DNA of 64,000 bases from an uncultured Winogradskyella sp. GTDB lineage: Bacteria > Bacteroidota > Bacteroidia > Flavobacteriales > Flavobacteriaceae. The stretch spans positions 31,622-95,621 of the forward strand of contig NZ_CALGNH010000025.1 in NCBI RefSeq assembly GCF_937958655.1, written 5' to 3'. Position numbers and translations under genes: made by a program. Under the pieces are notes generated by a model. The model worked only from the letters and a program-made list of their open reading frames with translations. It did not search any database and was not told the origin of the DNA. Below are positions 34,694 through 44,831 of this stretch, piece by piece (the first letter of the stretch is position 1; each line of letters begins with the position of its first letter).

Positions 34694-35920
34694 TTAAGCT
34701 AAGTTGAGCATAAAAAGCTCAGAGGCTATGCCATCACTTAAAAATTGTCCTTTTTTAGTCACTCTTAAATATTCACCATCAATATACAATAAATGCTGAT
34801 TTATAAAAACAGTAGCTTGCTCAATTAGGTAGTCTTTATAATTTATGCCAAACTCTTTTTCAACTTTAGTTAAAGATACTCCCCAAATAGTGCGCAAACC
34901 AGTCATTATATACTCGTTATAGCGATCTGTTTTAGTTAAGGTTTCTAGTTCTATTGGCAATTGGTTGTTTTGAAGCGCCTTTATGTATTTAGAATTATTT
35001 CTCACATTCCAACCGCGTTGCTTGCCATTAAAAGAATGTGCAGAAGGCCCAATACCTATATAAGATTTACCTTGCCAATAGGCTGAATTATTCTTGCTGA
35101 AAAAACCTTTTTTACCAAAATTAGATAGCTCATAGTGAACGAATCCTGCATCTTCTAATCGTTCTTTTAAAATATGAAATTGCTCATGGGCTTGTTCATC
35201 ATCAACATCTTCAATAATACCTTTCTCAATAAAAGATGCTAAGGCTGTTTTTGGTTCTACCGTAAGTGCGTAACTAGATATGTGAGGTATGCCAAAACTT
35301 AAGGCTATCTCAATGTTTTTAACCCATTGTTCATTAGAGACTCCAGGAATTCCATAAATTAAGTCTAATGAAATATTATCAAAGTAGCGAGTCGCCACAG
35401 ACAGACATTCTTTTGCATCCTCTGCATTGTGAGCGCGATTCATTAACTTTAAATCGGTTTCAAAAAAGGATTGTATACCTATGCTTAATCTGTTTATTCC
35501 AATAGTTCTATAATGTTGGTAAAGACCTCTCGACTTCGCTTGAGGTGACCGTTGCGCTTCTATTAAGTCATCTGGATTAGCTTCTAAAGTTATTTCTAGA
35601 TTATCGGTAACTTGAAAATTTTGATATACCGAATCAATCAAAAATTGTAATTCGTCAATCGTTAATAACGAAGGTGTACCACCACCAAAGTAGATGGTTT
35701 CTACTAAAGTATTTTCAAATTCTTTTTTTCTAAGCGCCAACTCATTAGCCAAAGCCCTAACTAATTCGTCCTTCTTTTTTAAGGACGTTGAGAAATGGAA
35801 ATCGCAGTAATGACAAGCTTGTTTGCAGAATGGTATGTGTATGTATATGCCTCCAGCCCTTTCTAACTTCCCCAGAGGGGAAGAACTATTACTCAAACCC
35901 TTTACTGATTTTTCGTCCAT
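34694..35920 (-). CDS. hemW: Radical-SAM heme chaperone HemW (HemN-like)
   Basis: IYIHIPFCKQACHYCDF (CxxxCxxC), EANPDD, GINRLSIGIQSF. It carries a 24-aa N-terminal leader and an internal ~10-aa extra segment (see findings). Confidence 0.85.
   Translation of the reverse strand: MDEKSVKGLSNSSSPLGKLERAGGIYIHIPFCKQACHYCDFHFSTSLKKKDELVRALANELALRKKEFENTLVETIYFGGGTPSLLTIDELQFLIDSVYQNFQVTDNLEITLEANPDDLIEAQRSPQAKSRGLYQHYRTIGINRLSIGIQSFFETDLKLMNRAHNAEDAKECLSVATRYFDNISLDLIYGIPGVSNEQWVKNIEIALSFGIPHISSYALTVEPKTALASFIEKGIIEDVDDEQAHEQFHILKERLEDAGFVHYELSNFGKKGFFSKNNSAYWQGKSYIGIGPSAHSFNGKQRGWNVRNNSKYIKALQNNQLPIELETLTKTDRYNEYIMTGLRTIWGVSLTKVEKEFGINYKDYLIEQATVFINQHLLYIDGEYLRVTKKGQFLSDGIASELFMLNLA
35526..35549. 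repeat. REP-family sequence inside the hemW coding region
   Basis: The reverse complement GTCACCTCAAGCGAAGTCGAGAGG matches the intergenic 57028..57051 (GTCACCTTGAGCGCAGTCGAAAGC) at 19/24 positions. Confidence 0.55.
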
Positions 35921-35925
35921 TGTAT

Positions 35926-36504
35926 TTATTTTCCCTTTTGGGGATTAAGGGGCTTTTCTATGCGTTTTTCATTCTGCTTTACAAATGCAGACCAACCAGA
36001 ATAATTTTTACCAACCTCTACTCTACCTTGATTGTAAAAGTGACAAACAGCTGCTGCTAATCCGTCTGTAGAATCTAGGTTTTTTGGTAATTCTTTTAAT
36101 TGTAATAAACTCTGCAACATTTTAGCGACCTGCTCTTTACTTGCGTTACCACTGCCAGTTATGGCCATTTTAATTTTCTTAGGCGAATACTCAGTAATTG
36201 GTACTTCGCGCGATAAACCTGCTGCCATAGCCACACCTTGAGCTCTACCCAATTTTAGCATACTTTGTACATTTTTACCAAAAAATGGAGCTTCTATAGC
36301 AATTTCGTCTGGGTGATAGGTATCAATAAGTTCCACAGTGCGTTCAAAAATGAGTTTTAATTTTAAGTAGTGATCATCGTACTTTTTTAGTTGTAATTCG
36401 TTCAACTGTAAAAAAGACATTTTTTTTCCAACAACTTTAATAAGCCCAAATCCCATAATGGTTGTTCCTGGGTCAATACCTAATATAATTTGTTCTTTAC
36501 TCAT
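35926..36504 (-). CDS. ruvC: Crossover junction endodeoxyribonuclease RuvC
   Basis: 192 aa. ILGIDPGTTIMGFG.., ..IEAPFFGKNVQS.., GSGNASKEQV. Confidence 0.9.
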   Translation of the reverse strand: MSKEQIILGIDPGTTIMGFGLIKVVGKKMSFLQLNELQLKKYDDHYLKLKLIFERTVELIDTYHPDEIAIEAPFFGKNVQSMLKLGRAQGVAMAAGLSREVPITEYSPKKIKMAITGSGNASKEQVAKMLQSLLQLKELPKNLDSTDGLAAAVCHFYNQGRVEVGKNYSGWSAFVKQNEKRIEKPLNPQKGK

Positions 36505-36507
36505 CGT

Positions 36508-37146
36508 TTAATCGCAAAATTGACATCCACTTAAAGATACAGCTAACCCTAAAGTTACATTAAAAACACTTCCATTAAAAGCACCCAAACCGCTCAAAAC
36601 TGGGTCGTAACTATCAAGACTTGTTAAGCCATATATATAAGCAGTATCAACATATACAGAAACCTTTTCACTTACCGCATAATGCAGCTCTAAGCCTCCT
36701 AAAAGATTTAAGTAGGATTGTTTATTATCACCTAAATTACCTAAGGGTTTTACGAACGATAGACCTAGACCAGCATGGAGAATAGTTCGAAATCTATTTG
36801 GTAAAAATCTTAAAATATCAGATGGGTCGTACACAAACTGAGCGTTAATGCGTGAGTAATTAATTTTAAACTCTGGTGACTCACTATCACTTTTAAAACG
36901 ATTAAACCCATAATCTAGCTTTAACCCATATTCTTTTTTAAACATACGCTGAACTCCCAAGTTTACCGTTGGGAAATTAATAGGTTGTGCATAGGTACCC
37001 TCTACAAAACCATCTGTAGTAGGGTAGTTAACACCTAGCGCAAAAAGCGCTTTCCACTTGCTACTGTCTTTAAATTGGGCATAACTATTAAAGCCTATAC
37101 AAATGATGCTAAAGGTTATAAAGTATTTTTTTAGATGGAGCTGCAT
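36508..37146 (-). CDS. Small outer-membrane beta-barrel (porin-family) protein
   Basis: Signal ..GFNSYAQ. Alternating hydrophobic beta-strand pattern. 212 aa. Confidence 0.55.
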   Translation of the reverse strand: MQLHLKKYFITFSIICIGFNSYAQFKDSSKWKALFALGVNYPTTDGFVEGTYAQPINFPTVNLGVQRMFKKEYGLKLDYGFNRFKSDSESPEFKINYSRINAQFVYDPSDILRFLPNRFRTILHAGLGLSFVKPLGNLGDNKQSYLNLLGGLELHYAVSEKVSVYVDTAYIYGLTSLDSYDPVLSGLGAFNGSVFNVTLGLAVSLSGCQFCD

Positions 37147-37173
37147 GTTTTAGTTTTTGATGTAATTTGCACT

Positions 37174-38145
37174 ATGCATTATGGTTTGCCCTACAAAACT
37201 AAACAATTCTTCTTTGTACTTATTAAGCTAAGTATTGTCGTTGGTGCTTTTTATTTTATATACACAAAAATCTCTGAAAACGACAATTTAGAGTTCAGCA
37301 CATTTGTTGATTTTTTAAGAGAAAATAATACTTTTTCATTCAAAAACATCCTTTTTTTGGTCATTTTAAGTGGTTTTAACTGGTTTTTTGAAATTCTAAA
37401 ATGGGAAAAATTAGTAGGTACCATTAAAAAAATAACATTTAAAAATGCGATGGAACAAAGTTTAGCCGGCCTCACAACATCTTTAATAACACCCAATCGC
37501 ATTGGCGATTATGGTGCTAAAGCGGTTTACTATCCAAAACCATTTAGAAAGCGTATAGTTCTTTTAAATTTATTAAGCAATATGGCACAAATGACTATAA
37601 CCGTAATTTTAGGATGTATTGGTTTTATTGTATTTGTTAATCAGCATCCCATTGAGATTGATTATTATAAAATCTCACGTTTTGGTTTACTGCTGATTAT
37701 TATTGGGATTTTTACCATTTTTGGGATAAAGTATAAGCCTTTGATTATTAAAGGGTATTCTCTGCAACGTATTATAAATTACATAAAAGAGATGCCTACT
37801 AAAACACATATTTTAAATCTTTTTCTATCTTTTTTACGGTATCTTATTTTTTCATTTCAATTTTACTATTTACTGACCACATTTGGTGTTTTTATAGGTT
37901 ATAGTACTGCTATGGTAGTTATTACCAGTATGTATTTATTAGCATCTATAGTGCCTTCAATTTCAATATTTGATGTGGTTATAAAAGGTAGTATTGCGGT
38001 CTATTTATTTGACTTTTTAGCGGTTAATGAACTAACAATTTTATCTATAATAGCCGTTATGTGGATACTTAATTTTGCTATTCCGAGTGGCCTTGGAAGT
38101 TACTATGTTCTAAATTTTAAATTCCCTAAAACGCAAGCAGAATGA
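37174..38145 (+). CDS. Flippase-like / lysylphosphatidylglycerol-synthase TM-domain family membrane protein
   Basis: Polytopic membrane protein with ..TPNRIGDYGAK.. The ATG at 37174 avoids overlap with the divergent gene. It overlaps the downstream GT2 gene by 4 nt. Confidence 0.55.
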   Translation: MHYGLPYKTKQFFFVLIKLSIVVGAFYFIYTKISENDNLEFSTFVDFLRENNTFSFKNILFLVILSGFNWFFEILKWEKLVGTIKKITFKNAMEQSLAGLTTSLITPNRIGDYGAKAVYYPKPFRKRIVLLNLLSNMAQMTITVILGCIGFIVFVNQHPIEIDYYKISRFGLLLIIIGIFTIFGIKYKPLIIKGYSLQRIINYIKEMPTKTHILNLFLSFLRYLIFSFQFYYLLTTFGVFIGYSTAMVVITSMYLLASIVPSISIFDVVIKGSIAVYLFDFLAVNELTILSIIAVMWILNFAIPSGLGSYYVLNFKFPKTQAE

Positions 38146-39290
38146 TATATATTTTAATTGGTATTATACTGTTGTATTTGTTTGTAATTGGAAGCCTAGT
38201 GTATGGTTTTAGTACTATTGATGATTTTAAACTCAGGGATTTAGAATCTAAAACTAAATTTACAGTGGTTATCCCTTTTAGGAATGAAGCTGCCCATCTT
38301 AGAGCGCTAATAAGTTCATTATTTAGATTAAATTACCCAAAATCTTTATTTGAAATCATTTTAATTGATGATGATTCTTCTGATAATTCTGTCGAAATCA
38401 TTAAAAAGTTTATTGGTGAAAAATCTTCAAAATCGAACACTACTAGTAATGACCGTATAAAGCTTATTAAAACTATGAGAACAACTAAGGCGCCAAAAAA
38501 AGATGCCATTACATCAGCCATAGCCATTGCAAAAAACGATTGGATCATTACCACTGACGCAGATTGTATTTTACCTAAATACTGGCTCAATGCTTTTGAT
38601 GAATTTATACAAACACAACACCCAAACTGTATTGTTGCACCTGTAAGCTACACTACAGGCTCTTCATTTTTAAACCGTTTTCAAAACCTTGATTTTCTCA
38701 GCCTGCAAGCTGCTACTATTGGTGGCTTTGGGTTAAAGCTTCCTTTTTTATGTAATGGTGCCAATTTTGGATATAAAACATCTCTTTTTAAAACACTTAA
38801 CGGATTTAAAGGCAATGACACTATAGCTAGTGGTGATGATATTTTTTTACTAGAAAAACTTAAGCAATACGATGCTAAAAAAGTCAACTACCTAAAATGT
38901 AAAGAAGCCGTCGTTTATACCAGCCCTGCTCCCAATTTTGAAGCTTTAATACAACAACGCATACGATGGGCTTCTAAAACGAATAAGCAACCAAATTATA
39001 TTAGTAAGTGCATTGGACTCATCATTTTTTTAGGAAATTTAACCTGTATCGTAGCGCCTTTCTTAGGTTTATTTAAATTATTAGAAGGCAGAACACTTTT
39101 AGCACTATTGGTCATTAAAGTGAGTATTGATTTTTTACTTGTATTTAAAATTACAAGATTTTTTAACAAAGAGCACTTGTTGTTATCCTACTTAGGATCT
39201 GCCATAGTTTACCCTTTATTTTGCGTTTATATTGTATTGGTTTCCGCTTTTAATCCCTACGATTGGAAAGGTAGAACTTTCAATACCTAA
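38142..39290 (+). CDS. Family-2 glycosyltransferase (membrane-anchored)
   Basis: FTVVIPFRNE, ILIDDDSSD, TTDADC, QRIRWA, plus C-terminal TM helices. Confidence 0.8.
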   Translation: MIYILIGIILLYLFVIGSLVYGFSTIDDFKLRDLESKTKFTVVIPFRNEAAHLRALISSLFRLNYPKSLFEIILIDDDSSDNSVEIIKKFIGEKSSKSNTTSNDRIKLIKTMRTTKAPKKDAITSAIAIAKNDWIITTDADCILPKYWLNAFDEFIQTQHPNCIVAPVSYTTGSSFLNRFQNLDFLSLQAATIGGFGLKLPFLCNGANFGYKTSLFKTLNGFKGNDTIASGDDIFLLEKLKQYDAKKVNYLKCKEAVVYTSPAPNFEALIQQRIRWASKTNKQPNYISKCIGLIIFLGNLTCIVAPFLGLFKLLEGRTLLALLVIKVSIDFLLVFKITRFFNKEHLLLSYLGSAIVYPLFCVYIVLVSAFNPYDWKGRTFNT

Positions 39291-39360
39291 TTCATTTTGA
39301 ATATTTTTGGTAGCTTTACCATTATTGAACCCCAAAACAACATAAATAACATTACTTAAA

Positions 39361-40221
39361 ATGAAAAAAATCCTCGTATTATTCGCCTGCCTTGGTATAG
39401 GCTTTACTGCAATTAGCCAAGAACATTATACTATTAACGGAGATACTCTAGCGCTTAAAACAGAAGTTGATGGAAAATTAGACCTACTTTGGAATACTTT
39501 TGATGGCAACTACCGCTATTTTGTAAAATCTAATGATAACAGCATTACTGAACTAAAAAACACTAAGGATACCAATAACAAATATTTAGAAGAGTATAAA
39601 AGTGTATTATCCAATTTAACTGGCCAAAACACGGATGACTTAAAACTAACGCTCTACAGTTTAAAAAGCTTTATTAATAGGTACAATGCCTCTGTTGACC
39701 CTAATTATACGTATGAATCTACCGAGCAAAGTTTAGGTTTTAGACTAGGTTTTTGGGGCGGTGTAACAAATAATCCTTTTGTTAGTAATCCTGAAAATAA
39801 AAAGTTACCAATGTTAGGTTTAGAGCTCGAAGTTTTTGAAGCTAATGCCCTACCAAGACATTCAGGTTTTTTACAAGGAAGGCATGCGTTTAGCAGTGAT
39901 GATTTTCAATATAGTACCACAGAATTTTCATTAGGTTACCGTTATCGTATTATTAATAAATCCACCTTTTCTATTTATGGCCAGGTTAAATTAGCAACAT
40001 TAAATATCTCAAATGTCACGCTTTTAGACACTAATAATATGCAAAAGGACTTTAATGAAACAGCGTTTGATGTACCTCTAATTTTTGGTATTGGCTCAGA
40101 TATTAAAGTTGGTGACAATAGTTACCTTACACTTATTTATGGAGAATTGTTTGCCGTACTCTTAGATAACCAAGGTAACTTTTCTGCCGACATTGCCATT
40201 GGGTATAAATTTAATCTGTAA
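39361..40221 (+). CDS. Secreted hypothetical protein, probable outer-membrane beta-barrel
   Basis: Signal peptide ..GFTAISQ. Beta-strand-rich C-terminal half ending ..AIGYKFNL. Confidence 0.4.
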   Translation: MKKILVLFACLGIGFTAISQEHYTINGDTLALKTEVDGKLDLLWNTFDGNYRYFVKSNDNSITELKNTKDTNNKYLEEYKSVLSNLTGQNTDDLKLTLYSLKSFINRYNASVDPNYTYESTEQSLGFRLGFWGGVTNNPFVSNPENKKLPMLGLELEVFEANALPRHSGFLQGRHAFSSDDFQYSTTEFSLGYRYRIINKSTFSIYGQVKLATLNISNVTLLDTNNMQKDFNETAFDVPLIFGIGSDIKVGDNSYLTLIYGELFAVLLDNQGNFSADIAIGYKFNL

Positions 40222-40223
40222 TA

Positions 40224-40961
40224 ATGAGCTTACGGAATTTTAAAACCTCAAACCCTGTTTTTAATGGTTATTTTTGGGACAATGGTAGTACATCTACCAA
40301 AACAATGTCTGTTGCTGGCATTTGTCTAAAATCTATCCTTGGTATTTTAGTGATTGCTGGTATTACCGCTTATTTATGGAAACTGAACGAAAATGGCACA
40401 CCCATGCACTGGTTTACCTTAGGTGGTATGTTAGGATCTATAGTAATTAGTATTATAATTTCGGTGCGGCATCAATGGGCACCATTTTTAGTACCACTTT
40501 ATATTATAGCCAAAGGCTTTTTTTTGGGTGGGTTTTCGTCCTACGCACATCGTAACTTCCCTGAACTGCCATACCAAGCTATTGGAGTCACCATTGTTAC
40601 CTTTTTTGTAATGTTATTGCTTTATCAATTAAGAATTATAAGAGTAACTAAAAAATTAAGAAGTGTAATTATAACGGCTACTATAAGTATTATGGTGGTT
40701 TATTTAATGTCTTGGATTCTTAACTTTTTTGGCATTAAAACCTATATATGGGGAACCTCTTGGTTTGCGATTGGTTTTAACGTTTTAGCAGCTATTGTAG
40801 CATCCTTTGCACTTTTATTAGATTTTGACTACATAGAACGTTATAAAAATAGAGCACCCAAAGCTAAAGAATGGTTAGCCACTTGGGGACTTTTAGCGAC
40901 TTTGATTTGGTTATATGTTGAAGTTTTACGATTAATGCAGAAACTGGCGATACGGTTTTAA
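40224..40961 (+). CDS. Bax-inhibitor-1/YccA-like integral membrane protein
   Basis: 245 aa with ~7 hydrophobic helices and an N-terminal ..TSNPVFN... Confidence 0.55.
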   Translation: MSLRNFKTSNPVFNGYFWDNGSTSTKTMSVAGICLKSILGILVIAGITAYLWKLNENGTPMHWFTLGGMLGSIVISIIISVRHQWAPFLVPLYIIAKGFFLGGFSSYAHRNFPELPYQAIGVTIVTFFVMLLLYQLRIIRVTKKLRSVIITATISIMVVYLMSWILNFFGIKTYIWGTSWFAIGFNVLAAIVASFALLLDFDYIERYKNRAPKAKEWLATWGLLATLIWLYVEVLRLMQKLAIRF

Positions 40962-41027
40962 GTTCCTCGCAGAGACGTAGAGTCATATCTGAAATTTCCA
41001 CAAATTAAGTTTTAGTTACCAATATAC

Positions 41028-41052
41028 CTACAAGGTTTTGAAAACCTTGCAG
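41028..41052. terminator. Palindromic REP-like bidirectional terminator
   Basis: CAAGGTTTT-g-AAAACCTTG lies between convergent genes. Confidence 0.55.
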
Positions 41053-41058
41053 GAAAGC

Positions 41059-41535
41059 CTAATCAATCTTTACAATTACAGGTAACTCAAAAGCTGTAGT
41101 GACTTGTTGCCCTCTTTTAATAGCAGGATATATTTTGGAAATATCCTTCAGGCTTTGGCGTAATAAACTATCAATTTCTGGAATTTGAAATTTTGTCTCT
41201 TCTTTAACTGAAATCGATGCAATGCTTAAACTACCTTTATTATCAATTATTATTTTCAGCCTAATAGTATCATTAACATTTTCAGATACTACGATGTTTT
41301 GATTCTCTAAATAATCATTAACACTGTTTAATAAGGTGGTTTGAAAACACAGCTTACTTGCTGATTTATCGGTAATAGAATTACAATTACTGAATGTTGG
41401 ATAGGTGTCAACATCGTTCCAATTAAAGGTATTTAATTCTTCTTTAAGCAGATCTTCAGCATTTACTTTTTTCTTTTCAAAATAATCGCAGGAGGTAAAA
41501 AGAAGAATCAAAAAAAGAAAAGCAAATCGGTTCAT
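41059..41535 (-). CDS. Lipoprotein with TonB-C-terminal-like domain
   Basis: I chose the start MNRFAFLFLILLFTSC (ATG at 41535). The track start at 41631 overlaps the upstream TPR gene. ..DTYPTFSNCNS..KLCFQTTLL.. parallels the C-terminus of the adjacent BlaR1-like protein. Confidence 0.5.
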   Translation of the reverse strand: MNRFAFLFLILLFTSCDYFEKKKVNAEDLLKEELNTFNWNDVDTYPTFSNCNSITDKSASKLCFQTTLLNSVNDYLENQNIVVSENVNDTIRLKIIIDNKGSLSIASISVKEETKFQIPEIDSLLRQSLKDISKIYPAIKRGQQVTTAFELPVIVKID

Positions 41536-41575
41536 TAGCACATTTTGATACGGAAATGTACGATTTTTTAAGAAT

Positions 41576-42727
41576 TTAGTCTTTATCTGAGAATTTTTCT
41601 TGCTTAAGTTCTCCAAGTCTCTGTTCAGCAAATGGTCTAAATGGACTTTTTGTTCTCTTTTTAAGAAAATCTTGGTACATCTTAATTTTAGTATCTATAT
41701 CGGCATAATATTCATCTTTAGTCCTTATTATAAAAAACTCAGACATCACATTTGACGAATCTTCTTTTAAAGATTTTTGGAACGCTTTTATAGCCTGTTT
41801 GTATTTTTTTTGACGATTTAACACCGTTCCCAATCGTTGATAGTCATCAGACAACGAAACATCTCTTAACTTTAATGATTTTGACATGTACTCCTCAGCT
41901 TTTTCAAAATTGCTCAGACGTTGGTAATATGTGCCAATTACAAACATAGCATTAGCATCATTAGGACTGTATTTTAAAGCTTTTCTTCTATGTCTAATCG
42001 CATCTTCATAATCCGAATTCTGCGCATAACTTAAGCTCAACTTTTCATGAATAAATTCTGACTCCTCACCTAAGTCTATCAATTTATTAAACCAAACCAC
42101 CGCGTGTGTGTAGTATTCTTGGTAATAATAGGCCTGTGCTTTTAAGCTTATAAGTTCAATTTGCTCTGAATTAGTTTGAAGACCTTTGTCTATTAAGGTA
42201 TTTGCTTGTTTAAACCTTCGCTTATAAATATGCCGTTTCGCAATTTTAATAATTGCTTTTTGATGGTTGCCATCTAACCGATACGCCTTAATAAATTCAC
42301 TTATGGCTAAAGTGTCCTTTTGTTTTTCTAATACAATACCCAATTCATAATGATAGTTTGGATTTAAACTGTCTATTTCTATGAGTTTTCTATATAAATT
42401 ACCAGATTCTGTATAACGCTTGGTTTTGGTCAGGAGTTTTGCGTATTCATATTTAAAAAGTAAGTTATCAGGATTAGAAGCAATTGCATTCTCATAGTTT
42501 AAAGCCGCTTTATTATAATTACCAATGGCAATGTAAGCCTTTGCAATATTGTCATAGACTTCTGCTTTTTCGGCAACCAGATTGTAGGCCTCTATAGCTT
42601 TAGAATAATAACCGTTAGCAAAAAGTTGGTCTGCGTTTTGTTTTGAGTTTTGGGCTTTTACACTAATAACACAACATAAAAACACTGTAGAAAGCTTAAA
42701 CATTAATGGTTTTATCATAACAATCAA
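41576..42727 (-). CDS. Secreted tetratricopeptide-repeat protein
   Basis: 383 aa with a signal peptide. Repeated A..Y..A...P.N TPR motifs. Confidence 0.75.
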   Translation of the reverse strand: MIVMIKPLMFKLSTVFLCCVISVKAQNSKQNADQLFANGYYSKAIEAYNLVAEKAEVYDNIAKAYIAIGNYNKAALNYENAIASNPDNLLFKYEYAKLLTKTKRYTESGNLYRKLIEIDSLNPNYHYELGIVLEKQKDTLAISEFIKAYRLDGNHQKAIIKIAKRHIYKRRFKQANTLIDKGLQTNSEQIELISLKAQAYYYQEYYTHAVVWFNKLIDLGEESEFIHEKLSLSYAQNSDYEDAIRHRRKALKYSPNDANAMFVIGTYYQRLSNFEKAEEYMSKSLKLRDVSLSDDYQRLGTVLNRQKKYKQAIKAFQKSLKEDSSNVMSEFFIIRTKDEYYADIDTKIKMYQDFLKKRTKSPFRPFAEQRLGELKQEKFSDKD

Positions 42728-44742
42728 TCTTTACCTTTGCCTATAGTCTTAATTAAAACTTGTTTTAATGAATCTATCTGCCTATTTAACTGAATGATTA
42801 CAAGATTCTTTTCAGTAGAAGATCTTAAGATACGGTCTCTTTGATTTTCTAGGGTTTTAATTTCTTTTTGAATATTTGGGCTTTTGTCTGCAACCTGAAA
42901 TACAATTGGTAGACTAAAAGGCACTGTAATTAATTCTCCACGTTGTTCTCCTGGAGTAAATTTTGGTAATAAGGCTATGACACGCTTAGCCTCAACCTCT
43001 AAAATCTCACTCGGCCCTCTGGCGATTATGTCTTTAACTTTGCCCAAAGTATCAATCTTAAACTGAACAAATACGCGTTTTCTTCCTGGCGATAGATCTT
43101 TTGCTAGACCTGTATTGAAATTTTTATTGATGAACTTGGTTACAAAATCGTTAAAGCAGGACTTTCTTTTGGTATTATCCCTTTCATCTGAGCATTTTGG
43201 GGGTGTTGGTGCAACATCTACAACGCTGAAAGGAACTTCCTCTGTCTCAATATTAAAGTTGCCTTCCTTATTAACACATTCTGATAAAAGCACTTGTAAC
43301 TCTTGTGGCGAAAATAGACGTATTAAACCATCATAATTTTCTTTAGTAATTTCTATATTATCAGATCCATCCTTAACAATTAATTTTTTATACAAGCGTC
43401 CGTAAAGTACATCGTTAACTTTTTCATAAGCATCTTTGTGTTCTTCTTCTGTAAGGTTATCTATATCTTTAGAAATAACTTGAAGTGTTCTATTATAATT
43501 GGAGTCTCTATAAAAACTTCTGGCCTCTTCTGATTTTAAATACTCTAGATGCGCCTCGTAACTTCTATTAAAATTTATCATTTCATCAAATTGCAAAGTT
43601 CGCAGTTGATTTTTTTTACCACTATTTTCAGAGTATTCTTTAAATTTTAGAGCGTGATATCTCGTAAAAGCAACATACTTTAAATATTCATCCTTAGTTG
43701 GTATATATTTTCTTTCTGTATAGTTATAAGTATTTCTCAATTCTATAAAACTTCCAGAGGCCTGAGATTTTTCAGCTATTTCACTGTAGTATTTTTTAAT
43801 AATAGCTTCATCGCTAAGTTCTTGAGTTGCCAAAGCGTTTTCATTATTGTTTTTATCTTGAGCCTTAACCTCTAAAGAGGTATAAATAAGCATTCCAAAT
43901 ACCAACGGAATTAATAATGCATACTTGAGTAAATGCCATTGTTTTGATTTTGATTTTTGTAACATAACGATTCGTTTTTTAATTAATGATGATTTAAAAA
44001 ATGTGTTAGTAAATGATATGTGGTTAACATCGAATATTTGATTGAGCAAACGCTCATAATACTCGGCTTTACCATTTTGTTTTACGGCTTTAGCATCGGC
44101 AATAAACTCGTGTAGTTCTTTTATCCTCATCTGGTAGATGTACACTAACGGGTTAAACCAAAACAGAATGCGTAAAAGTTCAAAACAGAGCAGATCTAAG
44201 CTATGCCACTGTTTTACGTGGACGAGCTCATGCTTGTAAATGGTGTTTCTTTCTGTAGTTGAAATTTTTTCTCCTAAAAAAATGGTACTGAAAAATGAAA
44301 AAGCAGCTGTGCTGTTTAATAAATTAACGATGAGTATGTTGCCCTTCCAACGTTTTGGGTTTTTATGCTTTAACCAATAAAGCCTAAACATTTTAAGCAA
44401 AAAGATGAAGCCAGCGACACCTATACCAGCACCTAAAATAATTTGCCAAAGTGGAATTTCTGGTTGTTCTAAGACAATACCTGCTTTTTCTGCTATGGAT
44501 ACATCGTAGTTTGAAGGTGCTTTGGTTCCGATAAACACTTCTGGCAACTGAATAACTAGATCTTTTGTTACCGTATTTTTAAGCTCAGGAAATTTAATAA
44601 ATGGTAAAATAAACGATAAAACCGTTGTTATTAGAAGGTAAGCTCTATTGTAATTAAAGAAGGTCTCTTTTCTTAAAACGAAATCATAAACCAATAAAAA
44701 CAAAGCCTGACATGTAACGATTTGTAGAATTGTATATAACAT
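42724..44742 (-). CDS. M56-family (BlaR1-like) sensor/protease with TonB-C-terminal-like domain
   Basis: HEXXH (KHELVHVKQWHSLD). The C-terminus ..VDVAPTPPKC..FVQFKIDTLGKV..ITVPFSLPIVF is TonB_C-like. It overlaps the TPR gene by 4 nt. Confidence 0.8.
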   Translation of the reverse strand: MLYTILQIVTCQALFLLVYDFVLRKETFFNYNRAYLLITTVLSFILPFIKFPELKNTVTKDLVIQLPEVFIGTKAPSNYDVSIAEKAGIVLEQPEIPLWQIILGAGIGVAGFIFLLKMFRLYWLKHKNPKRWKGNILIVNLLNSTAAFSFFSTIFLGEKISTTERNTIYKHELVHVKQWHSLDLLCFELLRILFWFNPLVYIYQMRIKELHEFIADAKAVKQNGKAEYYERLLNQIFDVNHISFTNTFFKSSLIKKRIVMLQKSKSKQWHLLKYALLIPLVFGMLIYTSLEVKAQDKNNNENALATQELSDEAIIKKYYSEIAEKSQASGSFIELRNTYNYTERKYIPTKDEYLKYVAFTRYHALKFKEYSENSGKKNQLRTLQFDEMINFNRSYEAHLEYLKSEEARSFYRDSNYNRTLQVISKDIDNLTEEEHKDAYEKVNDVLYGRLYKKLIVKDGSDNIEITKENYDGLIRLFSPQELQVLLSECVNKEGNFNIETEEVPFSVVDVAPTPPKCSDERDNTKRKSCFNDFVTKFINKNFNTGLAKDLSPGRKRVFVQFKIDTLGKVKDIIARGPSEILEVEAKRVIALLPKFTPGEQRGELITVPFSLPIVFQVADKSPNIQKEIKTLENQRDRILRSSTEKNLVIIQLNRQIDSLKQVLIKTIGKGKD

Positions 44743-44831
44743 AACTAATTAATTCGTTGATATTTATTTTTTACTAATGGTCTCATTGAACCTTGTATAT
44801 TATGTTCAATTTTAGTTTTAGAATAATAGAT

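Noticed and set aside
41536-41631. N-terminal extension of the TonB-like lipoprotein ORF (MLNRDLENLSKK..)
   Set aside because: It overlaps the 3' end of the TPR gene. A canonical lipoprotein signal (MNRFAFLFLILLFTSC) starts at the internal ATG at 41535.
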